A stretch of 41,207 nucleotides of DNA from Nemertoderma westbladi (lineage: Eukaryota > Animalia > Xenacoelomorpha). The position numbers were made by a program, and so were the translations under genes. Positions within the stretch are counted from its first letter, which is position 1. The number at the start of each line of letters is the position of its first letter. The stretch lies in NCBI GenBank assembly GCA_032718475.1, contig JAUCBJ010000036.1, positions 1 through 41,207 of the forward strand. Direction: 5' to 3'. Below the pieces are notes generated by a model. The model was not told the origin of the DNA, searched no databases, and worked only from the letters and a program-made list of their open reading frames with translations. Shown here in pieces: positions 9,567-22,100 of this stretch.

Positions 9567-10502
9567 TATGTTCTACGCATGTCCTTAGATCATCATAATG
9601 ATGATGGGGTGATGATAACTCCACCTACTGGCTCCAGAAGTCGAGGAAATCCTGCCAAGTACCTAACTGATCTAGACTTTGCTGATGACTTAGGAGTACT
9701 CTCAGAATCATTAGAGGGAGCCCAACGGCTCCTCAGCTCATTAGAACATGCTGCTTCTAGTGTTGGTCTTTTTATTAACTCCAGAAAGACCAAAATTCTG
9801 ACAGTTAACTTTGAACGTCCTCAGCAAGACTCTGATCGGATGAGCATAAGCTCAAAGGATGGTATGCTTGAGCATGTGGACGACTTCTGTTACCTGGGAT
9901 CATGGATCCGGAAGTCAGGTGAGGACCTTCGAATACGTAAGGGAAAGGCATGGGCAGCCTTGAATAGGCTTTCCAGGATTTGGAAGTCACCGAGAATTTA
10001 TCGGAAACTTAAGGTCCGATTATTTAGAGCAGCAGTAGTTTCAGTACTCCTCTACGGGAGTCCATGCTGGGCTCTAACTGCTGAGGACACCAAATCTCTG
10101 GATGGCACATTCACAAGAATGCTACGCCGGGTACATTGTGTCAAGTACAATGCTCACACCTCCAACCAGACACTATATAACATTGGAGGTGTCTCATTGG
10201 TTCCCTCAAGCTTGACACTAGAACAAAATCGCCTCCGCTTTGCAGGACATTGCTTTCGCCGTGAGGACCAGCCAGTGCATAATCTTGTACTTTGGCAGCC
10301 TCATGGAGTGAATAAGCATGGTGGACAGCCCATGACTTTCTTGAGACGCATCTTAAAGGACACTGGCCTTAAAGATGCGGATGATCTAGCAAATGTCATG
10401 GGTGATAGGGAATTGTGGCGGTGCAATTTTGTTGACAAGCCGGCACAGCATTCTTAAAAATGCAGCTGCAATGCAGCATGCCGATCCTAGTAGTAGTAGT
10501 AG
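9567..10502 (+). mobile_element. RTE-clade LINE, 5'-truncated copy 2, with (TAG)n tail and target-site duplication
   Basis: Open frame YVLRMSLD...LDFADD...KPAQHS* (stop at 10457), tail tagtagtagtagtag, and TSD ttctcctttat at 9557-9567 and 10503-10513. Confidence 0.93.
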
Positions 10503-11042
10503 TTCTCCTTTATTGATGCTATTAATATTTCATAAACTAAAGTTGTAAATATTAGGCCTATTTATTGTATTTGCTGATAGAGGGAAGAATCACAACAATA
10601 AAATATAACACAACAAACGTCAATCATTTAATTCAAATTTGTTTCCAGTTTTTGAGTTGATAAGGTTTTCTGTCAATTTTCTTTAATTACTTTGCTACTA
10701 AATCATTTTTAATATGCAGAATTTGTCAGTCAGTCGGTCTTCCCTCACATAAATATATCCATCATTATATTTTATCATTATTCGTCATCTATAATATATT
10801 TATTTAAAGTTAATTGCTTCTTAATCTTATCTCATAAATTTACATAATTAAAATATCATGGCAAACGGACTTGCTGTATCCATAGCAACCACATCATGCT
10901 TGTATCTATAATTAATATACAATACAGTCTGCCTATCCAAAATTATCACATAAAACTTATCCTCAAAAAAAAAAATAATAATAATACTAATACTAATACA
11001 GTATGAAAAGAAAAATAAAAAAAAATTTTTGTTTTGTTTTGT

Positions 11043-11537
11043 GCGGTTAATTTTTGGGTCAACCGGTTAACCATTTCCAAATAACAGGTTAAAAATTAGA
11101 AACCTACCTAGACCTACAACCTAAGGTGCAATGGTGTAACATTATGAAACTGAAAGTTATATCGCTGACAGTCCCTAAACTTAAGCTACAGTACCGGTAT
11201 GTATTTATTATGTAAGCTAAGCTAAGAGGTATCCGTCCCTACTTGCAATAAGTGTCCCTATTGCTCTATTGTGATAGAGCCACCACTAAACTATAGTGTA
11301 TGTACAGTATATTGTATACTGTACTGTACTGTACTCTAGTCCTACAGCTGCGCATACAGTACAAAATGAATTTCTGAAACATCGCAATGGGAAATACACA
11401 TTAATATGGTGACATACAGGTAATAAAACTGGTAACAGAACCTGAAAACCTCAAAACTGGGTCATTAAGCCGGTTAACCGGTTAATCAATTTCTAACCGG
11501 TTAATTTGAATTAACCGGTTAACCGCTTCAGGCCCTA
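11043..11537. mobile_element. hAT-like MITE remnant with repeated (T)AACCGGTT(A) palindromes
   Basis: Clusters of ggttaacc/aaccggtt at 11043-11072 and 11470-11525 end in ...caggcccta (a TAGGG-type terminus). The matching left terminus is not seen. Confidence 0.45.
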
Positions 11538-11666
11538 CGCCAGAGAGATGTGAACTGGAGACAGTTGTGAAAAAAGAAATAAAATATAATATACTGTATT
11601 ATAGCAAATAATAACTTTCCATCATTCATTGTTAGATTAAATTATTGGTAATAATTGTGAAGGTTC

Positions 11667-11938
11667 TCCTTCACTCCCCTTGTCGGAACCACCGACGGGG
11701 TGTGGTGCAAGGAGACTGATATCTTCATCAGCCACCTCGCTGAGACCCTTGTGGCTCGGCGGCAGGGGATGCGGGAACGTGGCTAGCCTGCGTTCTCGGG
11801 GGAGTTCGGAGGCGGCTTCAGTTCGCGCTCCTCCGCTCTAACTCCCTCTGTCTGCGTGGTGGCCGGCGTCCCTGGAGGGCGCTGGGCTTTGGTGATGGTG
11901 CGGGTCTGCGGGGGAATGACCTCGCAGACCGGTATTAA
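11667..11938 (+). mobile_element. Degenerate 3' end of a CRE-like (restriction-like endonuclease) non-LTR retrotransposon
   Basis: GC-rich island translating SFTPLVGTTDGVWCKETDIFISHLAETL, then after a frameshift VRRRLQFALLRSNSLCLRGGRRPWRALGFGDGAGL. This matches the 'FTPLV...R.RLSFAILR...CLRGSR..WR.LG..DGA' C-terminus of CRE-type ORFs. Confidence 0.72.
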
Positions 11939-12512
11939 TCCACGGTGCACCATTTTTAATTGTATGTTTAGATGGTTTGTCTTAATTGTGTTGTTCTGAT
12001 TGGTGGTGGGATGTTGGGTTGGTGCAGCTATATATATAATTGTATATACAATTTTAATTATATAATAAATTGATTATTTACAAAATTTGTAACCCATTAT
12101 AGCTAATACACTACGCACGCAGAGAAATAAAGATAAAACAATAATTGATTTACAAAATCTGTCACCTGCTACATTGCATACCGGTACATAATACTTCATG
12201 ACAAATTAACCCTATAAAACAAAATTGAAATCTAGGCTTTATATTTTTTATTAATAAATTAGTCTGTTTTAAATTTAATGGTAAAAGATTTTGATATTTA
12301 ATCAAGCATTTAAAAGAATTATTTTACTTTAAATATAAATAGAAATGTTGTAAAACCCTAACAATTTTACAACATCATTCAAGAACAAAATTACAAAATT
12401 TGTTGTATAATTTTTGTTCATTTTAGTAAAATTTGTTAATTATTTATAGTAAATTTGAAATTACTGCTCAATTTGAAAGATTTTAATGTTTTTTTTGACG
12501 TTTTACTGAATA

Positions 12513-13598
12513 TTATTTAATTTTCAGAACAGAAATAAATTTATTAAAACAGGAACTGAATTTCTTCTTCAAAACGGATATATTTCCTTGAGAATTTTTC
12601 GCTTCGGTGAGTGGCAGACTTTCTTTGTTCGCTCGGTTACCGTAGCAACCAATAGTGCAACCTTTCTCCATAGCCAAAGCGGCTGAGCTAAACATTATAA
12701 GAGCGCTACCGAGTAGACTCAAACGGGATGGTAGGGAAGTGTTTAACACATAAATATCTAAAATATACGCTACTACGATATTGCTGGTAAATACTAGTGA
12801 TACTACACTGGCTCTCTCCCATTTGCTAGCGTAGTAATGCGTTCCGCTAGCCGCAAGGTCAACCACTGCAGCCGCTACTATGTAACTCCTACCGGTAACG
12901 CATGCCAAAGACCCAAATTCGTCGACAAAACCAACAACCAGCCCGTTAAATATTGAGGCTATAGCCAAGGCTGTTACGTAAGTTAGATAACTTATGTTAT
13001 CATTGCTGACGTCACAAACTTGTTTAGAAGCTACTATCCCCAAAGCGTCCAATATAGCGGCCAATAAGGATAACGGAACTCCTATAATATGATTCTCAGT
13101 GTCTCCGCTTGGTGGTGTCCAATTATCTTGGTTCATCGAGCTACTAAATAAGGATCTCGGTTGGCTGACCAATACCACGCCGGCTAGTGTTGGAATAATC
13201 TGGAATAAGGAACACTTGGTTTGTCGTTCTCCAATCAGGAAGTAGCTGAGTATCATGGCAAATACCGGCCCTGAATTCATTAAGGCCTGGGCATCCGAGT
13301 AGTGGATGTATTTCATCGCAAACATCAGAACGGTGTGGTCGAACGTGCAGCATAATGACGTCACTGTGATCCAAAATATGACGCGTTTGTTACTTAGCAA
13401 CTTGGAAGAATCACATTGGCCTGGGTTACTGTTTCCACGTAAACCAACGATGATCCATACGTTTGTTGTTATCACTCCAGTTGCTAGGCGACACAGAGAG
13501 ACGTTCGCGGTACTGAGTTCATAGAAAGTGAAGTAGAGGGCGTAGCACGAGGTTGAGAGAAAAGCGCAAAAAATACCCCCAAAATTAATTACTTGCAT
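12513..13598 (-). CDS. EamA/DMT-superfamily membrane transporter, SLC35G-like (361 aa, single coding exon as predicted)
   Basis: About 9-10 hydrophobic segments in two EamA-like halves, with motifs AMKYIHYSDAQALMNSGPVFAMILSYFLIGE, LAGVVLVSQP, ERASVVSLV...VVAYILDI and SLLGSALI. The start could be preceded by an upstream exon. Confidence 0.85.
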   Translation of the reverse strand: MQVINFGGIFCAFLSTSCYALYFTFYELSTANVSLCRLATGVITTNVWIIVGLRGNSNPGQCDSSKLLSNKRVIFWITVTSLCCTFDHTVLMFAMKYIHYSDAQALMNSGPVFAMILSYFLIGERQTKCSLFQIIPTLAGVVLVSQPRSLFSSSMNQDNWTPPSGDTENHIIGVPLSLLAAILDALGIVASKQVCDVSNDNISYLTYVTALAIASIFNGLVVGFVDEFGSLACVTGRSYIVAAAVVDLAASGTHYYASKWERASVVSLVFTSNIVVAYILDIYVLNTSLPSRLSLLGSALIMFSSAALAMEKGCTIGCYGNRANKESLPLTEAKNSQGNISVLKKKFSSCFNKFISVLKIK

Positions 13599-13667
13599 AT
13601 TTAAATTTATTGTATCTTTAGATAATTTAATTACATATTATCAATTATTAATTTAACAGGAGAAATT

Positions 13668-16600
13668 GTAGTAGCTGATAGTAGTAGCTGGTAGTAGTAG
13701 CTGGTAGTAGCAGCTGGTAGTAGCAGCAGGTAGTAACAGCTGGTAGTAGCTGGTAGTAGTTACTTGTAGTAGTAGCTTGTGGTAGTAGCTGGTAGTAGTA
13801 GCTGGCAGTTGCCGCTGGTAGTAGTAGTTGGTAGTAGTAGCCGTTTGTAGTAGCTGGTAGTAGTAGGTGGTAGTAGTAGCCGTTTGTAGTAGCTGGTAGT
13901 AGTAACTGGTTTAAAGTAGCTGGTAGTAGAAGCTGGTAGTAGCTGCAGATAATAGCAGCTGGTAGTACCCGCTGGTAGTCGTTGCAGGTATAGTATTAGC
14001 TGGTAGTAGTAGCTGGTATAGTTTTAGCTGATAGTAGTAGCTGGTAGAAGCTGGTAGCCACTGGTAGTAGTAGCTGGTATAGAATTAGCTGGTAGTAGAA
14101 CCTGGTAGTAGCCGCTTGTAGTAGTAGTAGTAGCTGGTATAATAATTAGCTGGAGGTAGTAGCTGATAGTAGTAGTAGCTGGTAGTAGTATGGTAGTAGT
14201 AGAGGGTAGTAGTAGCTGGTAGTAGTAGTAGTAGCAGGTATATTATTTAGCTGGAGGTAGCAGCTGATAGTAGTAGCTGGTAGTAGTAGCTGGTAGTAGT
14301 AGAGGGTAGTAGTAGCTGGTAGTAGTAGTAGCTGGTATAGTATTTAGCTGGAGGTAGTAGCTGATAGTAGTAGCTGGTAGTAGTAGCTGGTTGTAGTAGC
14401 TGGTAGTAGAACCTGGTAGTAGCCGCTTGTAGTAGTAGTAGTAGCTGGTATATTATTTAGCTGGAGGTAGTAGCTGATAGTAGTAGCTGGTAGTAGTAGC
14501 TGGTTGTAGAAGCTGGTAGAAGAAGCTGGTAGTAGTAACTGGTTTAAAGTAGCTTGTAGTAGAAGCTGGTAGTAGCTGCAGATAATAGCAGCTGGTAGTC
14601 GTAGCAGGTATAGTATTACTATAGCTGGTAGTAGTAGTTGGTAGTAGTAGCTGGTAGTAGTAGTAGTAGCAGGTATATTATTTAGCTGGAGGTAGCAGCT
14701 GATAGTAGTAGCTGGTAGTAGTAGCTGGTAGTAGCAGAGGGTAGTAGTAGTTGGTAGTAGTAGTAGTAGCTGGTATATTATTTAGCTGGAGGTAGTAGCT
14801 GATAGTAGTAGCTGGTAGTAGTAGCTGGTTGTAGTAGCTGGTATATTATTTAGCTGGAGGTAGTAGCTGGTAGTAGTAGCTGGTTGTAGTAGCTGGTAGA
14901 AGAAGCTGGTAGTAGTAGCTGGTAGTAGTAGAGGGTAGTAGTAGCTGGTAGTAGTAGCTGGTTGTAGAAGGTGGTAGAAGAAGCTGGTAGTAGTAAGTGG
15001 TTTAAAGTAGCTGGTAGTAGAAGCTGGTAGTAGCTGCAGATAATAGCAGCTGGTAGTCGTAGCAGGTATAGTATTACTGTAGCTGGTAGTAGTAGTTGGT
15101 AGTAGTAGCTGGTAGTAGTAGTAGTAGCAGGTATATTATTTAGCTGGAGGTAGCAGCTGATAGTAGTAGCTGGTAGTAGTAGCTGGTAGTAGTAGAGGGT
15201 AGTAGTAGTTGGTAGTAGTAGTAGTAGCTGGTATATTATTTAGCTGGAGGTAGTAGCTGATAGTAGTAGCTGGTAGTAGTAGCTGGTTGTAGTAGCTGGT
15301 ATATTATTTAGCTGGAGGTAGTAGCTGATAGTAGTAGCTGGTAGTAGTAGCTGGTTGTAGTAGCTGGTATATTATTTAGCTGGAGGTAGTAGCTGGTAGT
15401 AGTAGCTGGTTGTAGTAGCTGGTAGAAGAAGCTGGTAATAGTAGCTGGTAGTAGTAGAGGGTAGTAGTAGTTGGTAGTAGTAGCTGGTAGTAGTAGTAGT
15501 AGCTGGTATTTTATTTTTAGGCTGCTTAGTGCTTTATTTATTTTTAATGACAAACTAGACAAATATATAAAAAGACACATAAAAGTTATAAAAGTAAAAA
15601 AAAGTAAATTTTATTCGGCCACTAGGCCAAGGATTACGCACAAAGTCTGACGACTTATTTCCAGTGCGGTCCCCCCAGAACTTTACTCCCCAGAGGAAAC
15701 TCCAGTACTCATTTAGCTACCACTTAATTAGGCAAGGCAGAGATGCGCCCTGGTATAGTATTTAGCTGGAGGTAGTAGCTGATAGTAGTAGCTGGTAGTA
15801 GTAGAGGGTAGTAGTAGTTGGTAGTAGTAGTTGGTAGTAGTAGTTGGTAGTAGTAGCTGGTATTTTATTTTTAGGCTGCTTAGTGCTTTATTTATTTTTA
15901 ATGACAAACTACAAATATATAAAAAGACACATAAAAGTTATAAAAGTAAAAAAAAAGTAAATTTTATTCGGCCACTAGGCCAAGGATTACGCACAAAGTC
16001 TGACGACTTATTTCCAGTGCGGTCCCCCCAGAACTTTACTCCCCAGAGGAAACTCCAGTACTCATTTAGCTACCACTTAATTAGGCAAGGCAGAGATGCG
16101 CCCTGGTATAGTATTTAGCTGGAGGTAGTAGCTGATAGTAGTAGCTGGTAGTAGTAGTAGAGGGTAGTAGTAGTTGGTAGTAGTAGTTGGTAGTAGTAGT
16201 TGGTAGTAGTAGCTGGTATTTTATTTTTAGGCTGCTTAGTGCTTTATTTATTTTTAATGACAAACTAGACAAATATATAAAAAGACACATAAAAGTTATA
16301 AAAGTAAAAAAAAAGTAAATTTTATTCGGCCACTAGGCCAAGGATTACGCACAAAGTCTGACGACTTATTTCCAGTGCGGTCCCCCCAGAACTTTACTCC
16401 CCAGAGGAAACTCCAGTGCTCATTTAGCTACCACTTAATTAGGCAAGGCAGAGATGCGCCCTGGTATAGTATTTAGCTGGAGGTAGTAGCTGATAGTAGT
16501 AGCTGGTAGTAGTAGAGGGTAGAAGAAGCTGGTAGTAGAAGCTGCTAGTAATCGTTGGTAGTAGTACCTGGTAGTAGCTGGTAGTAGTAGCTGGTAGAAG

Positions 16601-16693
16601 AAACTGGTTGTATTAGCTGATAGAAGAAGCTGGTAGTAGAAGCTGATGGTAGTCGCTGGTAGTAGCCGCTGGTAGTATTAGCTGGTATAGTAT
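13668..16693. repeat. ~3-kb minisatellite built on GCTG(GTA)2-4 (modal 13-mer GCTGGTAGTAGTA) with higher-order variant blocks
   Basis: Directly visible. Variant blocks such as ggtttaaagtagct...gctgcagataatagcagc recur at ~13908, 14541 and 14999, and tattatttagctggagg recurs many times. Confidence 0.97.
15507..16464 (-). repeat. Three tandem copies (period ~355 bp) of a ~247-bp non-satellite insert containing the 3' half of a SINE
   Basis: Copies at 15507-15753, 15861-16106 and 16217-16464. Their reverse complement shares ccaggg(c/t)gcatctctgc, gaccgcact(g/a)gaa and tgtgcgtaatcc with the SINE at 23567-23798. Confidence 0.9.
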
Positions 16694-19078
16694 TTCTTGT
16701 GTTACATGTAACAATAATTGTAATAACTTAATTGTTTTTTTATATATCAAAACGCCTGTGATAAATTAATTTATTATATTCAACAAAATAAAACATGAGG
16801 CAGTTACTTACAATAATGTATGCATATTTCATCAGAACAAAAAGCCTCCAAATTATACGACGCCCACGCATGTCAAATAAATTACTAAAACATTTGAATC
16901 GGCTTACTTAGGAATCAGGGCATATGTTGGCATATAGTTTTACTATTTATGCTGTGCCGTCAAACAACGGCTGTTGAATAGGTTTATGAGAATAATTAAT
17001 TGAAACGTCATAGTAGTGTAAATTTAAAATCTACTCAAATTCTAATTGATTTCCAATTATTAAAAAAAAATTTGGGTGTTCGGGAAGCAAGTTAGAAAAT
17101 TTCATATATGTGTGATGTTTATGTTTACTTTCCCTCCCTCAAAATCACTTACCGCACAGATACCGCCCCTATATCGCAAAGTCATTCACACTCAGCGGTG
17201 TACCGCTGGCCCTGCGGTAAACCACAGTGTACCGTTCCGTTGGATGTGAACAGGTCTTTAGATACCATATTCTTCTACATTTTCTATTGCAGTTTTAGCT
17301 TGACTTGAACCATGCTATACAGTATGCTATGCAACAATTATATGCGACAAATAACTGGGTTTAGACAATATTACTGTAGTCGATTTGGATTTTTAGGGTA
17401 TGGGAGATCTTTAGTCACCCGTGAGTTCCTTCCTGTAAAGAAACCTGGTCGTTATTATCAGTTTTCTCTGTATTCTTATTCCCCACCACAGCTATTTCTG
17501 TGATCACTTTGTGTATTACAAAACGATTTACAGTAGAAATAGATTCAGAACGTAGTGTAATGGATAATGCAATAAATTAAGATTTAATTAAGGAACGATT
17601 ATAATCAATTTTTCTATAAAATATGTTATATTTATCAAATTTAATAATAATAATTGCCTCAATAATTAGGACATATACAGTATAATTAATATCACATTCA
17701 TTTACATATAGAGAACCCTAAAGTGTGATATTTAGAAATACTATAAACTATATAGCAGTTTAATACTAGAATTAATTAAATATATACGACAAATATAAAT
17801 AAATATTATTCTTATATATATATATATGGAATATTTAAATTTACCCCAAAAAGAAACTATTTCAATATAATACCCAAACAAATATAACAAAATATACAAT
17901 ATTATGTATATCAAAGAAATTCTGCTGAAAATTAAATTACTTAAAATTTTAGAAAACAGCGAAAAACAATCGAATTAAATTTAATCAATAACAGTAACTA
18001 CATTCGATTAACCAGAAACATTAAACCAGTTTCTTCTACTTTTCTAATAATATACGACATCTTATACATACTGTAGTTTGACATGTTTAGTAAGACAGGA
18101 GGGGGTTCATAGTGACGTGGTATTCTAACCAAAACAATAAACCATAGTAATTCATTATCACCTACACAATTATAGAAATTAATAATAAAACCAATCAAAT
18201 AGCACAATTAGATAAATTAACAACACAATATTGTAGCGCTGATGTATCTTAACTTAAATAAATATAAAATAGACAAAAAAATTAACCGTAAAGGCCGCAA
18301 TATAAATATATCCATCCCCTTCATACTGTAGTTGTGGAATACAACTCAATAATTAAATTTCTGAATCCAGAAACTCAACAACATAAACTATATTGATATA
18401 CTGTATACCGGAAGCGCCATATATTAATTTGTACTTGAATAGTCGGCCTAATGTATAAGATTTGTTAACAAAATAACAATTTATTATGAATTATTAATAT
18501 TTTTATGTTTGGTAAACCAGTATACTGTCGGTGACGGTTTGGCACCTTAGTTATCCGTACGGAAATTAAATTAAATTAAATTAAATTAAATAGCTTAACA
18601 GATCCGGAGAAACTAATTATGTTATATTATTTAATTTCATGGAAAAGATCAAATTCAAATATTATGTGCAATTTACAGTATAGGTTTCGAGTATAAATCG
18701 AAGCATAGGACAGGCAGTACAGTTAGTGTAACTTAAGTTTCAAATGGACAGCTGAGTGTTTCATTAAAATTGGGTTTATAATAAAAAATATATAAAATTT
18801 ACAATAAATTGTGATATATTTTTTTTCATACAACAAAGAACATAAAATTATTAAGTAGCGGTATGTTTAAGCTGAATAGAATAATAATACGACTGTATAT
18901 TGAGTTCTCAACTCCAGATAAAGTCAAACCCAAATAAATTTTGAGTGAATTTCGTAAGTTCTGCTATGAAACAATTTATTTACAAAGTTTTTTTAAGTAA
19001 AACTACGTAGAACCCGAAGACGCGATCATCCCGATACGGCAATCAATCCATTATAATATGCCCCGATTTGGCGCCAAA

Positions 19079-19169
19079 TCATTCGCATTCTTCCATTGAA
19101 CGCGACCCGACTATATTGTGGACATCGGAGGGAGACATTCCAAGGAGTCCTTCAAGGTCGCAAACAAAC
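19079..19169 (-). CDS. Ets1/2: Ets1/2 last coding exon (end of the ETS domain, stop)
   Basis: tttag| then (R)[29 protein letters not shown]. Confidence 0.92.
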
Positions 19170-22100
19170 CTAAATCCGAAACATTTGTTTAGAAATTAAT
19201 AAACTTGGGTTCTGAATGACGTTGATGACTTTATATGACATCAGATAAAACCGCACAGCTACCAAACTGTAGCTAATCATTTAGGCCTACAGTATATACA
19301 GTAGTAGGCCTAACTGTGGTCTGAGGTTTTTATCTACTGTATGTAAATTCAGAACAATCGAAAGTAAACAATAATATACCATACAGAACAGATAGGCCTA
19401 CATACAGTATTGCACAAGTAAAATATCAAACAATTGTTAATATTTCACTTGCAAAAAAAGTAGATCTACACGTTACAGTAAAGACCCGGTACACATGACT
19501 CACCTATAGACATAACGTTTCCCGGATGTTTTATGAATAATGTTTTTGTCATAATAATATCGAAGCCCTCGCGATAACTTCTCGTAATTCATTTTCGGTT
19601 TGTTTTTTCGAATACCCCATCGTCGCGCCACCTGCAAATTTTTAAAAATAAATTAGGATTAACTTATTTGTTGATCTCCGATAGGTTCCGCTCTTTTCAT
19701 GCACACTACTGTACTAAAGTTATCATGCACAGTACTCAGTCCCATCCCTACCTCATCTGGATCGGATAGCTTGAATTCCCATCCATCTCCAGTCCACGAT
19801 ATCATATGCTGGGACACTTTGTCCATTAAAAGCTCCAATAAGAATTGCCACAATTGAATCGGCCCAGAAGAACCTGAAATATAACATGAAGAAATATATA
19901 AGAAAATAATAAATAAATCAAGAACTTTGTTTCAAAAGAAAGTTACTATAATAATTTATAGTTACTTTAATATTTAATTTTTTGTGATGTCTAGAGAGAC
20001 AACATCAATTAAGATTTAATGTGCTAGCAAATATTGAGTTACACCATGTATTCATTGTGGGGCGAGCCACGAAGTGAGCGAAGCCTTAGCATATGGGTGC
20101 CATTGGCGAGTTGTCTGTCGTCGTCGTCTGTCGTCGTCGTCTGTCGTCGTAAATTTTTGATCGCTAATAACTAGGTTATTCCTTGATGAAATTAAACGAA
20201 ACTTGGTACGTATGTAATCCGTCAAAACGAATCTGAAGTTTGGTCAAAAACAAACGAACGCAACGAGGAACAAGAGGAGGACGAATATTGTGTTGAAGAC
20301 TTCTGACTAACGGCAGACAACTCGTTAATGGTGCCCATATGCTAAAGGCTTTGCTCACTTCGTCCTGCGCGAAGACCCCACGAACGTGTAAGGAACTCAT
20401 GCTGTTTAAATTTAGGCTATTGTACAGTATGTACTGTAGTTGTGCAAAGTGTTTCAGTTATCTTGGCTTCTACCAAACCAACAACGACTGCATCTTTGGT
20501 GTTCATCGACACTGCCGTTCGATGTTATTTTCGGTTATTTTTGTCATTTGTTTGTTATTTTTGTCCATATAAATCTTATTGAAAATTAAATTGATATCTT
20601 ATAAGATGTAACAGAAAATGGACCCGAACTCAAGTCCAGTTTCTAGACAGTCATTATCAGACAGGTTAATTTATAGAAGCAGTTTACAATAGAGTATAAA
20701 ATAGTTTGTAGTTGCAGTTGGACTATACACACAGTACATACTGTAGTTTACATTAGTTATATGCTATAGGCCTACATAAATCATCTTAGAACAAAGACAG
20801 CTTAAAGGCCAAAGGTAGTAAATCATGTTTAATGTAATGTATACAGTAGGCCTAGGCTTACCGGTACAAATAACTGTACAGTAGGCCTACTGTTGTATAG
20901 CTACATATAAATACTCTACAAGACGTTTTTGGGACTATATTACTGCAGTACATAACAATGGATTTTCTGCAACAAATAACAGAACACAGAATAATACGAC
21001 TACAGTAGTCAGTGCCGGATTAAGCCTCTGGTGGCCCTAAGGCACATTTTAGTAATTTCCAAAAATGGCCCGAAAATTGACATTTTTCCGCAAACCCCTT
21101 CAAAAGAAAAAGCTGCTAAAAAAACCTGAAATTATGAAAATGTTGCGAAGGAAATATAAAGTATTTTCGGTGGATGACTGACTGCATGCAAATAACTATT
21201 ATAAGTACTTTAATAATAAATAGGCCTACTTTGCAAAAATAGTTTTCATCAAGAATTGTAACATTACTAAACGGCATATCATGCCTATAAAACCTTTGCT
21301 ATAAAAAGTGTAATGGTTTTGGTAGAATTTCTCAAGCTTTAATTTTTTAATATATTTATGGGACCATAACTGCATTACCCAAAATATATTTGTTTTATTT
21401 ATAAAGCTACTATTCTGAAACTTTAACACAATGATCTGTGACCTTTTATATACTATGAAAACTGAGTATAGATAGCTTCATAAACCGTTTGTTCGAAAAA
21501 TATGTCACTTTTTGAGGTGGTCGGTTTTTTCAAAATTAGGTGCAAAAAAATTGTTACAAAATCGGCTCTAGAAGACCCAAATGGTCATGTTTTACAAAAC
21601 CAACGATAGTACTCCTAAAGCTGCTGAACATTTTGGTATATGTTTGATGGAAATTGAGTAAAAAATAAAATAGTAGTAGGGAATTTAGTGATGAAAAAAG
21701 TCAAAATCGACCAACTGATAAAAAGGTTGTTTTATACAGAGAGTCATAAATATCAGCAATATATTATGTTGTTGAAAAGAGCAGTTTTGAGGTCAAAAAA
21801 TAATTCAATGTTGAAAACCGATATCACCTTATGAAAAGCCCTTCTATCAAACTACAAAAAATTGTGCAAATTTTCGAAAATTTCATTTCAGTGGTGGTAA
21901 TAGTTGGCCCCCTTAAGGCTGACTGGCTCATGTAGGCATTTAGCAATTTTGATCGGATCGTGGGAATGTGTTATTTATTTTCTGTAGGGTAGGTTTTGCA
22001 CGGTACTTATCTTTACAGGACTTGCTGAGAAATATAACACTCCAAAAGTGTGGGTTTTGTGCAAAGATATAATATTTCTGATCTAGATTTGGACTTGCTG

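Noticed and set aside
15308-16290. ORFs with PATTT/YYYQ/LLL repeats as mucin-like genes
   Set aside because: These are translations of a 13-bp satellite that cycles through frames; variant units introduce stops and there is no signal peptide.
20176-20400. Similar 74-aa and 110-aa ORFs (also 27427-27759) as a small gene family
   Set aside because: Both lie in copies of the same non-coding inverted-repeat element.
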